A stretch of 64,000 nucleotides of DNA from a virus. Within the stretch, counting starts at the first letter, position 1, and the number at the start of each line of letters is the position of its first letter. The notes beneath the pieces were generated by a model. That model searched no databases. It saw only the letters and a program-made list of their open reading frames with translations, and was not told where the DNA came from. Below are positions 28,652 to 38,456 of the stretch, piece by piece. A program made the translations under genes and the position numbers. Location of the stretch: the IMG/VR virus record IMGVR_UViG_3300025133_009393, one strand, 5' to 3'.

Positions 28652-29689
28652 TTAGTTTGTCATATTCCATTTGCTCAAGCTTGGCCACATGCCGCTGGCC
28701 ACGACTTTTTTGTATTCTTCTGAAGTGATCGTCCGGACCCCGGTCTTAGTTTTCTCTAGTTCAACTCTTCCTAAACCCCAATCTATTTTCAAGGTTTTTA
28801 AAAAGCGCTGAAAGTTAAGAATTTCAGTCTTTTGCTCTTTGATAACATCTATCATTTTTTGAGGCAAACTTTTAACCCCCTCTGGCGAGGGAGTGGTTTT
28901 TCCAAAATAAAACGGCGAATGATGCTCGTGGAGCGCAATAACTTCCCATACTTTCAGCGCGTGTTCCATATAACGATCGTACATCTTTGTTGAGTCAATT
29001 ATCTGATCTATAATTACGCTAAGCAGCATATTTAAATTAAGACCTTTTACTAGCGGCTGAATTGGGTAGTCCTCGTCAGTATCCCTTTGTGGATTTTCAG
29101 ATTGATTGCCGGCTATAAGATGAATTCCGCCAACAGATTGTATTTTTCCGTTTTTTGGGCCGCGCGAATCATAAGGATCAGTATAAGTAACTAATTTTAT
29201 AGTTCGGCGGCCGACGATGCGTACATCATCAGCCTTGACAGCTACGGCAGATAACCCCTTTCCAGAGCGAAGTATTTTGCTTTTTATGTCTAAATAATCA
29301 TCTATATTTGCTTTTTGACTAACATATATTCTGGCTGCGTCGCGACGAAAATCTGTGTTTGTATAGGTAGCAGATCCATTTTGATAGGCCTTTGTATATC
29401 TTCCGACAACGATATCAACAGCTCCGCATTGGGTGTGTGTGCGGCCGGCGTAGCCACTGGCTTTTGAGCCCGGGCGGTCGCGTCCGAGAACAATATAACA
29501 ATTATTTGCATCACCTGAGCCTGGACACAGTTCTTCCCAATCAGCTTTAATAAACTTTGCTGAGCCATCGATGACATTACCTCGATCTAGATTCGCATCT
29601 ATTCGATCCTCAACCGAGATTCTATCGTGTTTGTTTTTTATTTTTGGATCTAAATTATCTTGATCTAATGATTTTTTTCCGGTACTCAT
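28652..29689 (-). CDS. Putative baseplate spike protein (gp5-C/gpV-like beta-strand region with apical His motif)
   Basis: Short beta-strand runs (AARIYVSQK, AVAVKADDVRIVGRRTIKLVT), then PLVKG and LHEHHS resembling the HxH apex of phage spikes. Lies directly after the OB-fold gene. Confidence 0.55.
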   Translation of the reverse strand: MSTGKKSLDQDNLDPKIKNKHDRISVEDRIDANLDRGNVIDGSAKFIKADWEELCPGSGDANNCYIVLGRDRPGSKASGYAGRTHTQCGAVDIVVGRYTKAYQNGSATYTNTDFRRDAARIYVSQKANIDDYLDIKSKILRSGKGLSAVAVKADDVRIVGRRTIKLVTYTDPYDSRGPKNGKIQSVGGIHLIAGNQSENPQRDTDEDYPIQPLVKGLNLNMLLSVIIDQIIDSTKMYDRYMEHALKVWEVIALHEHHSPFYFGKTTPSPEGVKSLPQKMIDVIKEQKTEILNFQRFLKTLKIDWGLGRVELEKTKTGVRTITSEEYKKVVASGMWPSLSKWNMTN

Positions 29690-29707
29690 TTAATTCCTTT
29701 TGTTTCT

Positions 29708-32230
29708 CTAAGCTTTAAATCTTTTTAATACTTCTATCCATGATATGTTTGATTTATTTCCTTTTGCTACCGTTTTATTGGCGCCGCCGGTGCCCATCCA
29801 AACGCATAGCATACTTGCCGGATGAGTTTTTTGCATTTCTATAACAGCCTCGACGTTGCCGTAGACTTTTCCTGTCTTAGGATTAAACCGGCCGGAGTCT
29901 ATCACGGGAGCAAATTTGCGAGAAGCCTTACGAGCTTCTTTATGATGTATCTTAATCTTCTTTTTATAAGTCTTGGCAATTGTTGCATATACCATCGGAG
30001 CATAAAGATCAAACATTTGATTTAACTCTTTAGTTCTCGCCTTCAACACTCCGGATGACCATTTCGACATGCATGTATTTGCAAGAGGAATCCCGGGAGC
30101 AGTAGCACGAAAAGCTCTTACAAATTCTGACATCCTGCCAACCACATCCGGATAAAAAGGCGATCCACTGGTGCCTAGCCACTGCTTCTCAGCATTAACC
30201 CAATGAAGCTTCGAGCCTAGTTTTAAGGCGCGTTGGGCCATTAAAACACCCTCTCTTGCTGCTTGTTCGTAGCTCGTACAATAACTATACGCCCAAGTAT
30301 GAAGAGGGACATTTGCCCTGACAGAAAGATTCTTTATAATTGCACAATGTTCTGCGAAGCTCTTAGCGCCTCTGTAATTTTTTTCAAACTTCATCTCGCC
30401 GCAGCCGCTCTTCGCACACACAAAGCCAAAATGCTTGATATATTCCGGATTAATTGCATCTCCTGTCGCTCCGGTAGCATAATACATAAAACCAATGGGA
30501 GGGCCTGCGCCGCTTCGCTTAACAGCTGTTTTGAGAGCGCCTTTTAGGACAGGAGCATACTTGTATGTTTTGCATGGAACACAATTGGGCGGCTTTGATT
30601 TGTTGAGCTTGTTTTCTAATTCTTTTATCGTTTCTTGTATTTTGTTTAATTCCTTTTTTAAGTCGTCTGGTGGATTTTCGCCAGCAGCCTTGATCTTTTC
30701 TTGTATTTCCGTTCTTTGTTTTTGAGCTGCAGCAAGACGTTGTTCGTCTGCCGCATTTGAATTATCAGTTCCTGATTTTCCTTCTTTTTTGAAGACCTCT
30801 CCTCCCTCATCAAGAAGTTGGTCTTTGTTCTCCTTGGAAGCAGTTTTATCAGCCTCGGCGGAGGGTGACTTACTTTTTTCTGCAGGAGCTGGGGCTTCCT
30901 TGCCCGGGGCGGGTTTAACAGCTCTTGCTTTTGCCCCGAACCTTATTGCGATGTTAGCAACATATTCTGTTGCACCTTTTTCATCCAAGTGTAAGCCATC
31001 ATGATCTGTTTTTCTACCCATGTACTTGGGAAGATATTTTCCCCAATCTTTAATTGGATCAACATAATATAAAGTTTTGCCATAGCCCCACTGTGAAGAT
31101 AGTGAGGAATTAAAATTTTTGTTGATCGTTGTTCGATAAGCAAATTTTCCTGGCTTTTTTATTTGATGTAAATCATCGCCGGTGTACCTGCCGCCGGGTA
31201 CAACCGGCGGGCAGCCGCATATTATAATTGCACCAGATTGAGTTGGGTTAGTCCAGCCGGCTTGTTGGCGTATTCTCTGTATTAATTTAACCATATCCGG
31301 AGCAGCTTGGGCCTGCCATGGCTCGCCCTTGTTATTACCACCCATACTAACAACAATTAAGGCCGGCTTATATTTTGCAATATATTCAGCAATACAACCC
31401 CACAACTCAGCTTTTGCTGGATTGGTTGCAACTTTACATTTAGATGCATCCGCAGAAAGCCATGGATCAACTCTTGCTCCGGAGCGGTGGACGCGTTTGG
31501 TTTTCCACCCAGAACTCTTGAAATATGCTTCCAATGTTTTACCAAAATATCCGGCTATTTGGCTATCTCCAAAAACAAGACATCTATTGTTTCCCGTCTT
31601 CGGAACTAATGAACCTTTTGCGATTGGGAACGTACTTGTATCAATGGGCGAGCCGCCGCCTTTCCCATAACTCAAGCACCCCTTAATACATTTTTCAGCA
31701 CCCTGTTTTGCAGACATAGCAGCCCTCGCGGCGGCGGCTGCGTCGAGCATGCCAAGCGGCGGTGCAATAACTGGTCCTAAATATATTGGACCGGTCCAAT
31801 TTTGTTTATTTTGATAATCAACCCACACCAATTCTCCAATTTTTGGCTCTGGTACATTGTTATCTTTGGCCGTAAAAGTTGGATGCATATCAATAATATT
31901 ATGATCATCCGAATGTGCCGGCTCCATAACCGGCGAATGAACTTCTGGGATTCTTGCTTTTATCTGTACCCGAACTGACAAGCCGGCTCCAACGTCAGTT
32001 TTAGATATATCTGCAAAATTATTAGGCTCTGGGGCTCCAGCTTCAATACGCAGTACATATGCCAAAAAAGGACCAGTATTGTTAAATAAATCGGCCCTAT
32101 AAGCCTTGTTGTGGCTCCAATTCGCACCTCGAAGCCAATCGCTTTCTTTGGAGTCCATTCGATCTCCAGAAGATGGCATCTCTATCGGGTTTAAATCACC
32201 CCAAGCATATTTTTTAAAGGGAACTCCCAT
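29708..32230 (-). CDS. gp5-like hub/spike protein: N-terminal OB-fold, SGNH/GDSL hydrolase and C-terminal GH25-like glycoside hydrolase barrel
   Basis: IKARIPE...PKIGELVWVDY...PIYLG (gp5/VgrG-type OB fold). SGNH blocks VFGDS, SMGGNN and DGLH. FVCAK...HTWAYSY...EQAARE...WVNAE...YAPMVY resembles GH25-type muramidase barrels. Confidence 0.65.
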   Translation of the reverse strand: MGVPFKKYAWGDLNPIEMPSSGDRMDSKESDWLRGANWSHNKAYRADLFNNTGPFLAYVLRIEAGAPEPNNFADISKTDVGAGLSVRVQIKARIPEVHSPVMEPAHSDDHNIIDMHPTFTAKDNNVPEPKIGELVWVDYQNKQNWTGPIYLGPVIAPPLGMLDAAAAARAAMSAKQGAEKCIKGCLSYGKGGGSPIDTSTFPIAKGSLVPKTGNNRCLVFGDSQIAGYFGKTLEAYFKSSGWKTKRVHRSGARVDPWLSADASKCKVATNPAKAELWGCIAEYIAKYKPALIVVSMGGNNKGEPWQAQAAPDMVKLIQRIRQQAGWTNPTQSGAIIICGCPPVVPGGRYTGDDLHQIKKPGKFAYRTTINKNFNSSLSSQWGYGKTLYYVDPIKDWGKYLPKYMGRKTDHDGLHLDEKGATEYVANIAIRFGAKARAVKPAPGKEAPAPAEKSKSPSAEADKTASKENKDQLLDEGGEVFKKEGKSGTDNSNAADEQRLAAAQKQRTEIQEKIKAAGENPPDDLKKELNKIQETIKELENKLNKSKPPNCVPCKTYKYAPVLKGALKTAVKRSGAGPPIGFMYYATGATGDAINPEYIKHFGFVCAKSGCGEMKFEKNYRGAKSFAEHCAIIKNLSVRANVPLHTWAYSYCTSYEQAAREGVLMAQRALKLGSKLHWVNAEKQWLGTSGSPFYPDVVGRMSEFVRAFRATAPGIPLANTCMSKWSSGVLKARTKELNQMFDLYAPMVYATIAKTYKKKIKIHHKEARKASRKFAPVIDSGRFNPKTGKVYGNVEAVIEMQKTHPASMLCVWMGTGGANKTVAKGNKSNISWIEVLKRFKA

Positions 32231-32236
32231 TATAAA

Positions 32237-32533
32237 CTATTCCTGATTAATTAAATCAAACAACTCTTCTTTATCTTTACTGGAAAGTCCTACCTCAACA
32301 TTACTCTTTTTATGCATCAAGCCTGTGATTTTCACCAGTTGCTCATTTGATCTCTGTAGGGTCTCCAAATACTTAGCAGCAACCGGGCCAAAATATTGAT
32401 GCTTAGAATCATCAGTTTTTATATGAATCATTAAGTCAGCCAACAACTTCATTGCCAATGCGCGGTCATGTTTGACATTCTGTATAGCGTCTACCATACA
32501 TTCTTCTGTATCTAAATTTCGCCTTTTTCCCAT
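32237..32533 (-). CDS. Hypothetical protein (98 aa, helical)
   Basis: ORF overlapping the end of the sigma-like gene, within the operon. Confidence 0.65.
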   Translation of the reverse strand: MGKRRNLDTEECMVDAIQNVKHDRALAMKLLADLMIHIKTDDSKHQYFGPVAAKYLETLQRSNEQLVKITGLMHKKSNVEVGLSSKDKEELFDLINQE

Positions 32534-33213
32534 TTTTTTCTAAAAACCCTATATTTGATTCTCATCTTATTTAAGTTGTTAACAACTTGTTTTGTATTAA
32601 GACCAGTAATTTCCCTAATATATAGATAAATAGCTTTTTTATTAAAAATTTCTATTTCATCTGATGTTTCAAAAAGAATTTTAATTGCTTCTAATACTTT
32701 GCGCTCGTTTTCTTTAAGTTTCATTTTTTCCCAACTTTGGATCTCACGCCAAAAATTGTTCCAAAATTCATATTGTTCGCGAGCATGGGCATATGAATTC
32801 TGTGTAGATAGATATTCGCATTCTAAATCGTTTGTCAGGTCATCAAAATGCACTTCTCTCTTCATACTTCTAGAATTTTTTTTAGTTTTATGAATAAACC
32901 AATTTTTTGTAATAACACTGAAGTATGAAAAAGCCTTCGAGCCCTTGCTGGGTTCAAACTTATCCAATATGGTAGTAAGCCATATCTTGCACTCTTCTTT
33001 CAAAACATCTATGTTTGGAAGATTAGTAAACTTATAAGTATATACAATCTTGTCAACCATCTCATTAAAGGCCGGCTGAATCCACTTGATATATAATTCT
33101 GTTCTTATTTTATTGTCGCTAGTTCGAGCATATTTTACAATTGCATCTTCATGCGCTTGCGTAAAATAATCATTCTTGCTCTTCTTGCGACGTCTTCTCT
33201 TCTGCTTGATCAT
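32512..33213 (-). CDS. Phage sigma-like transcription factor (T4 gp55-type late sigma)
   Basis: YF...AIVKY, YKFTN and LDKFEPSKGSKAFSYFSVITKNWF match the sigma region-2 / gp55 pattern (KFDP..s.aFaYft.i..n.f). Start placed at ATG 33213 after GAGGA. Confidence 0.75.
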   Translation of the reverse strand: MIKQKRRRRKKSKNDYFTQAHEDAIVKYARTSDNKIRTELYIKWIQPAFNEMVDKIVYTYKFTNLPNIDVLKEECKIWLTTILDKFEPSKGSKAFSYFSVITKNWFIHKTKKNSRSMKREVHFDDLTNDLECEYLSTQNSYAHAREQYEFWNNFWREIQSWEKMKLKENERKVLEAIKILFETSDEIEIFNKKAIYLYIREITGLNTKQVVNNLNKMRIKYRVFRKKWEKGEI

Positions 33214-33553
33214 CGTTTTCCTCTTCTTCAAAGAAATATTTTTCTCTATAAAAATCCATCTCATTAATCAATTCACCCAAGTGGACGATCATGCCTTTGA
33301 GAGTTTCATCACCATAGAACATCTCCATTTCGTACAGCTGTTTAATATGATTTTCAAATTCTTCCATGTCTTGTAGTATATTAGAAAAATCCTCATTAAT
33401 CTCGTTATAGTGGCTCAAAGTCTTTCCAATATACCACATCAATCCACATATTGCCAAGATCGAAAGAAAAAGAAACAATTCAGTGTATCCAATAACATAT
33501 CCTATTAATATAGCGTTTGCCAAAACTGACAATCCAATGCCTATTTTAATCAT
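33170..33553 (-). CDS. Hypothetical membrane protein with coiled coil (127 aa)
   Basis: Two N-terminal hydrophobic segments followed by an acidic coiled coil; ATGA overlap with the upstream gene. Confidence 0.6.
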   Translation of the reverse strand: MIKIGIGLSVLANAILIGYVIGYTELFLFLSILAICGLMWYIGKTLSHYNEINEDFSNILQDMEEFENHIKQLYEMEMFYGDETLKGMIVHLGELINEMDFYREKYFFEEEENDDQAEEKTSQEEQE

Positions 33554-33807
33554 TCGTACTCCTTCTCCTGAAAGGTTCTTTTCTCTTCTTTCAGATCCTG
33601 CTTGAACTCTTCTATTTTACTCTTAACAACGTCACCAACTTTGCCCGTGGCGGTGCTATCTTTTATATTTGCAACATAAAAAGAAGGTACCCTAAAAAGG
33701 GTTCCTTCTTCTTCGCACTTCTGACAGTCTTTTAGACGCTCAGAAATAGAATGAAAAGTCTCAAATTCATTTTCACATTCCCCACACCGGTAAATATACC
33801 TAGGCAT
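33550..33807 (-). CDS. FmdB-family zinc-ribbon protein
   Basis: MPRYIYRCGECENEFE...CQKC is the MP-x-Y-x-Y-x-C-x-x-C...C-x-x-C pattern. Confidence 0.85.
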   Translation of the reverse strand: MPRYIYRCGECENEFETFHSISERLKDCQKCEEEGTLFRVPSFYVANIKDSTATGKVGDVVKSKIEEFKQDLKEEKRTFQEKEYE

Positions 33808-33988
33808 CGTCGCTAGCTTCTTCGTTTCCGAATTTGACTATTGGAGGATTCATAATATAAAGTTTAGAGTCTTCACTTACTTTGAATTCAAAACCTTTTA
33901 AAGTTGGAACAATATCACTTTGTTCTAATAATGATTTTTGAAGAGCCATCATTACTGCTCCTAACGCTTCGTCAGATAATTTTAACAT
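33800..33988 (-). CDS. Hypothetical protein (62 aa)
   Basis: AGGAGA RBS; overlaps the start of the next gene. Confidence 0.7.
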   Translation of the reverse strand: MLKLSDEALGAVMMALQKSLLEQSDIVPTLKGFEFKVSEDSKLYIMNPPIVKFGNEEASDDA

Positions 33989-33999
33989 TTATTTCTCCT

Positions 34000-34800
34000 T
34001 TAAATATTTTTTTTAGTTATTTTACAGGCAGCTTGTGCCGAATTAACAACATATGCTAACCACTCATATTCAACTTCGTACTTTTCTACAAATTCTATGA
34101 AAGCCTTATATTCGTGTAACTTCCAAGCATTATAACCAATCAGTTCATCAAACATAATAACAGTGCCAGGTATTATCTTGTGTTGTAGAGATTCAAGTAC
34201 ATCAACCGCAGAACTATATATATCACTATCGATGTGTAAGAGAGCGCAAGGCTTGTCATAATCTTTGATAAATTTCGGAATTGTATCCTTAAACCATCCT
34301 TTTATAAACCTAGCACCATCAACTTGAGGTATTTTTCCCTCTGCTGACAGCCCTCCTTTTTTAGTACCCTCTCCTGTCCATTCTTCAGGCAAGCCTTCAA
34401 AAGAATCAAAGCCATAAAACAACTCTTTTGAATCCGGATACAGCTCTTTTTTCAAAGAAGTTAAATATCTAGCGCTTGTACCCTCAAACGTTCCAAATTC
34501 AGCCCACAATCCATCAATCTCTACTTTGGACAGACAATGTCTATAATAAGAAAATTCTCTTGCTAAAACATGCTCGGTGGCCTTGTTAGGCACTTTATGA
34601 CGTGGATGCATTTTGTAAAATCTATAGCCTTGATTAAAAAGCTCTGGCAATTCTAATATGACTTCTTGTTGAATTGGAGCAATTAAGTTAACCGAAATAT
34701 TTCCTTCTAGGCCGTTTTCGTCGACCGCCGTCGTGGATCTTATAATTCCTTGCCTCTCTCTTAAAAGTAAGCTAAATTTTTCATCTGTTTGTATTGTCAC
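34000..34800 (-). CDS. TylF/MycF-like class I SAM-dependent O-methyltransferase
   Basis: EFGTFEG, YGFDSFEGLPE, IKGWFKDT, LHIDSDIYSS, GTVIMFDE. Confidence 0.85.
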   Translation of the reverse strand: MTIQTDEKFSLLLRERQGIIRSTTAVDENGLEGNISVNLIAPIQQEVILELPELFNQGYRFYKMHPRHKVPNKATEHVLAREFSYYRHCLSKVEIDGLWAEFGTFEGTSARYLTSLKKELYPDSKELFYGFDSFEGLPEEWTGEGTKKGGLSAEGKIPQVDGARFIKGWFKDTIPKFIKDYDKPCALLHIDSDIYSSAVDVLESLQHKIIPGTVIMFDELIGYNAWKLHEYKAFIEFVEKYEVEYEWLAYVVNSAQAACKITKKNI

Positions 34801-35102
34801 TATTTTTCCTTAAAAAATACTTCTGAATTTATATTTTTATCGTCTATAAAAAGATCGTATGCCGGCTTACCTAGTTTTAGCTCATGGTATTTTACACCCC
34901 ATTCACTAAATTGTTTTTCAGTAACTTCTCTCCAATCTAGGCCGGTACCTGTCCCTCTCGCGGTCCAATAAACAATTGTATTTCCATTATCGTACAATTC
35001 ATTGATTTTGTTAATATGTTTTTGCATTGGCTTTGCAAGAGAATAATCTCTACTTTCGGGGGTGATACATATTGTTTCATCTATATCTACATATATAATC
35101 AT
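34800..35102 (-). CDS. Small HAD-superfamily phosphatase (capsule-biosynthesis type)
   Basis: YVDIDETIC (DxD), WTARG, GKP...FIDDK. Confidence 0.85.
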   Translation of the reverse strand: MIIYVDIDETICITPESRDYSLAKPMQKHINKINELYDNGNTIVYWTARGTGTGLDWREVTEKQFSEWGVKYHELKLGKPAYDLFIDDKNINSEVFFKEK

Positions 35103-35106
35103 TATT

Positions 35107-35973
35107 TTACCTTATTACTGAATATAGCCAGCGACCACATTGTGGATCGTCCAGCTGTTTATCGGGATCGTTTAAATAAACAATCTCAATATTATTCTCC
35201 TGTAAGTGTGTGTGGAGTTGATACTCTACAGCATACTTTTTTGATTCGGGACCATGGTCATATTTTTCCATAGGTGGATAAGCATCTTCTTTTTCATTTA
35301 AAGAGCAATATATATCCATAACGGATGGGCATCCAAAAGCAAAGCCATCAAATAAGTATCTATCCATAAACCGATTTTCCGCAGGGGGAAGCCAGCCGCC
35401 AAAAAGAAATATTTTGTTGTCTATGCTGCCGTATTGTCTGATTGTTCGGGCTACCAATTCTTCGAAATCTATACCAATATTCAGCGTATAATCGTACCTA
35501 CTACGTATAATTAGATCATATTCAAAGCCGCCATCTTTGGCATATTGACGTGCCAATTGATTGCTTCTGCTCATCTTGTGAAGTTGCCTTTTTTTTAACC
35601 ACTGCCATTTTGTTATTTTTTCAACTTCATTGTTGTCCTCGTCGATATCTTCATCTTCAATGTATAGTTTCTTCAGCCTATCTCCGCATATATCATTTAT
35701 TCTATCAGTTATTATTCGATCATCAACATTGTAAATTATACCGTACGTATTGAACATCTTCATCCAGCCAATTCCACCAGGAAGATATTCCTTTACTACT
35801 CCATTTAACGGCGGCAAATTTACATTCGAAGCAACTCCTTTTTTTTGAGTAACTGCATTTGATGTGTAAGCAAAAACGTCAACATCGTTAAATGCCATGA
35901 GAGCTAGCTGATGATTTGCATGTGCATCTGCAAAGCGATTAATCTGTCCGGAATAACATAAAGCGATTTTCAT
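35107..35973 (-). CDS. Putative glycan-locus protein, possibly glycosyltransferase-like
   Basis: MKIALCYSGQ...DVF...YDLIIRSRYD...DGFAFG pattern seen in phage/viral glycan clusters; family not assigned with certainty. Confidence 0.5.
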   Translation of the reverse strand: MKIALCYSGQINRFADAHANHQLALMAFNDVDVFAYTSNAVTQKKGVASNVNLPPLNGVVKEYLPGGIGWMKMFNTYGIIYNVDDRIITDRINDICGDRLKKLYIEDEDIDEDNNEVEKITKWQWLKKRQLHKMSRSNQLARQYAKDGGFEYDLIIRSRYDYTLNIGIDFEELVARTIRQYGSIDNKIFLFGGWLPPAENRFMDRYLFDGFAFGCPSVMDIYCSLNEKEDAYPPMEKYDHGPESKKYAVEYQLHTHLQENNIEIVYLNDPDKQLDDPQCGRWLYSVIR

Positions 35974-36662
35974 TCTTTTTTTTCGTTTAAAAATTTATAC
36001 ATAGCTTCGCACAAATCAAATTGCCACTCGTAATCGATGTCGAACACTTCTTCTTCTGGAACGGGAGTCAATTTAATATCTCCTTTTTTACGAAAATCGC
36101 CCATCCAGATCCCTTTGCCAACTTTATCTAGTCTCGCTGCATACAAACAATGTGCAGCCTCATTGATAACTTTGGTAGTCCTTGTATTCATACAATCCTC
36201 GGTTAGAGGTGTTAAACACTCTTCCTCGTCGTTCCAAAAATAATTCTTTTTTTGTATAACTCCGAACATACCATCTGAGTCTGAGTTGATATACTGTTCA
36301 ACAAAATTATCAATAGTTTCGATCTTAATCAGAGGACAGCATGCACTGACAAGTATTGCGTATTTAAAAGGTAGCTTATCCCACCACTCATATAGCTCTG
36401 TCAGTTTTGGATTGTCTGCTTCAGCAGACTCCTTGCTTCTGTGGTAAATATTAACACCATGTTTTCTTCCTATCTCCAACAGCTCTTCTTCGTATACAGA
36501 AAGATAAAAATTCTCTTTTGGTATAATCTTAGAATTTAAAATCTTTTCAACGCAAATATCTGTTATGGTCGTGCCCGCAAAAGGCCTTGTCATTTTTCCA
36601 GGTGTCCTCTTAGAAGAAAGTCTAGCCTGTACAATCACACACACATCTTTTATATCTTTCAT
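35970..36662 (-). CDS. neuA: Acylneuraminate (nonulosonate) cytidylyltransferase, CTP_transf_3 family
   Basis: QARLSSKRTPGKMTRPFAG, CCPL and FDIDYEWQF match the CMP-Neu5Ac synthetase motifs. Confidence 0.85.
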   Translation of the reverse strand: MKDIKDVCVIVQARLSSKRTPGKMTRPFAGTTITDICVEKILNSKIIPKENFYLSVYEEELLEIGRKHGVNIYHRSKESAEADNPKLTELYEWWDKLPFKYAILVSACCPLIKIETIDNFVEQYINSDSDGMFGVIQKKNYFWNDEEECLTPLTEDCMNTRTTKVINEAAHCLYAARLDKVGKGIWMGDFRKKGDIKLTPVPEEEVFDIDYEWQFDLCEAMYKFLNEKKE

Positions 36663-37019
36663 TTAGTCCCCCTTTATAATCCTGTATGAGTCTTTATCAA
36701 AATGCTGAGTTGAGAATTCAAATAGTTCTGTGTCTTCTAGAGCCAACATTTGATGTCGCAAGCCCCTATACACATGAAAATTGTCTCCTTTGTTCAAAAT
36801 AATTTCTGCCGCGGCTTCAATATCATCTTCATCGGAATATTTTACAAGCATCTTTCCAGACTGAATGTAAAAAACCTCGTCTTTTAATTTATGATAATGC
36901 CAAGAACATCTTTTGTCTTTTGCAAAGTAAAGTAGTTTACCACAGTATTCCTCGCAATTTATAATCCATTTTTCAAATCCCCATCCTTTGGGGACAAATT
37001 TTATTTCTGGTTGTAACAT
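36663..37019 (-). CDS. Cupin-domain protein (sugar isomerase-like)
   Basis: KGWGFE...CSWHYHKLKDEVFYIQSG...H...EFST cupin motifs. Confidence 0.8.
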   Translation of the reverse strand: MLQPEIKFVPKGWGFEKWIINCEEYCGKLLYFAKDKRCSWHYHKLKDEVFYIQSGKMLVKYSDEDDIEAAAEIILNKGDNFHVYRGLRHQMLALEDTELFEFSTQHFDKDSYRIIKGD

Positions 37020-37020
37020 T

Positions 37021-37755
37021 TTATAATCCTTTTGTTAGCCATCCGCCATCAACGTATATGTCTTGTCCAGTTATATAATCAGAAGCATTCGAGGCTAGAA
37101 ATATTGCAATTCCAGCCAAGTCAGACGGATTGCCCCATCTTTTTAAAAAAGTCTTTTCTTTTCTTTCTTCATATGTTTTTGGGTTTGACCAGCTTTTTTT
37201 AGTCATCTCTGTTAACATATACCCCGGGCCAATATTGTTAACTCTTATATTATATTTTCCCAGATCACAAGCTAATGATTTGGTCAGTTGCTTGAGGCCG
37301 CCCTTCATCGCAACATATGCTGGATTATCCGGAAAAGCCATTTCTGCATTCAAGCTAGTAATATTAATAATTGATCCGCCACGATTTTTCATTTTTGTAG
37401 CCAATCTTCTCGATATCAAATAGGGCGCCTTTAAATTGACTTGGTATGTTTTTTCCCAATCTTCGTCTTTATAATCAAAGATATTATTTCCATATGTTAC
37501 GCCGGCGTTATTGACTAAAATATCAACATTTTCATTTTCTGCTTCAATTATGCTTAACGCCATATCGATATCTTTCTCATCAGACAAATCACATCTTATG
37601 TAATTCAATTCTGAATTCTCTAATATATCTAAATTATAAACTTTGGCGCCGGCTAAAGAAAGTCCACTAGCGATTGCCTGGCCATTTCCTTGAGAAGCGC
37701 CAGTTACGACTGCAACCTTCCCTTCCAGCGAAAAGAGATCTTTAATAGTTTTCAT
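37021..37755 (-). CDS. SDR-family oxidoreductase
   Basis: VTGASQGNG, LVNNAG, YVAMK (YxxxK), ITGQDIYVDGG. Confidence 0.93.
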   Translation of the reverse strand: MKTIKDLFSLEGKVAVVTGASQGNGQAIASGLSLAGAKVYNLDILENSELNYIRCDLSDEKDIDMALSIIEAENENVDILVNNAGVTYGNNIFDYKDEDWEKTYQVNLKAPYLISRRLATKMKNRGGSIINITSLNAEMAFPDNPAYVAMKGGLKQLTKSLACDLGKYNIRVNNIGPGYMLTEMTKKSWSNPKTYEERKEKTFLKRWGNPSDLAGIAIFLASNASDYITGQDIYVDGGWLTKGL

Positions 37756-38453
37756 CTTATTAAAACCCTATTAAGTCGTATTTCTTCAGATATCATATTG
37801 GAATCATACGATATAATCTTTACTATAAAGTCAGCAATTTCTTCCGGGCGCATAAAAGTATCATAATCTTGATTTCTAACTTGCAAGCCCATTGAAGTCT
37901 GTATTGAGCCAGGAGAAACTGAATATACACGTATTCCCTCTTCTTTCAACTCATCATAGAGTGAACGTGTGAGACCCAAAAGAGCATGTTTCGAAGCGCA
38001 ATATATTGACGTTTCTTTGAATCCGGCGTATGAGGAAGAGGAGCAAATATTTACTATCCTTCCCCACTTCCTTTCCTTCATTCTTTCGCTAAGAATTTTA
38101 CACAAAACGAATGGAGCACGTACATTAACATTAAAGCATTTATTATACATCGCAATAGAAGATTCTTCTAGAGTCGAAACAGGAAAAATACCAGCACAAT
38201 TAATTAAAATATCAATATCATTTACTGATAGGCATTTTTGCGCAGTATTCTTTATTTCTTCCACATTCTCTAGATTACAAACACTATAACCTAAAGAACT
38301 CTCTCCTAGACTTTCTTGTAATTCTAAGAGTTTTTTTTCATCTCTTCCTATTGTATATATGTTACAGCCGACAGAGGCTAAAAAAATAGAGATCTCTCTT
38401 CCCAGTCCGCGAGTGGCGCCGGTTACAAAAGCGTTTTTTCCATTTAAAAGCAT
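37752..38453 (-). CDS. SDR-family oxidoreductase
   Basis: VTGATRGLG, LINCAG, YCASK, VSPG. Confidence 0.93.
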   Translation of the reverse strand: MLLNGKNAFVTGATRGLGREISIFLASVGCNIYTIGRDEKKLLELQESLGESSLGYSVCNLENVEEIKNTAQKCLSVNDIDILINCAGIFPVSTLEESSIAMYNKCFNVNVRAPFVLCKILSERMKERKWGRIVNICSSSSYAGFKETSIYCASKHALLGLTRSLYDELKEEGIRVYSVSPGSIQTSMGLQVRNQDYDTFMRPEEIADFIVKIISYDSNMISEEIRLNRVLIR

Positions 38454-38456
38454 GGG

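Noticed and set aside
14336-32230. Type VI secretion or extracellular contractile injection system
   Set aside because: No Tss membrane complex, ClpV or Afp-type genes; a gp55-like sigma, PhoH and tmRNA context fits a lytic myovirus.
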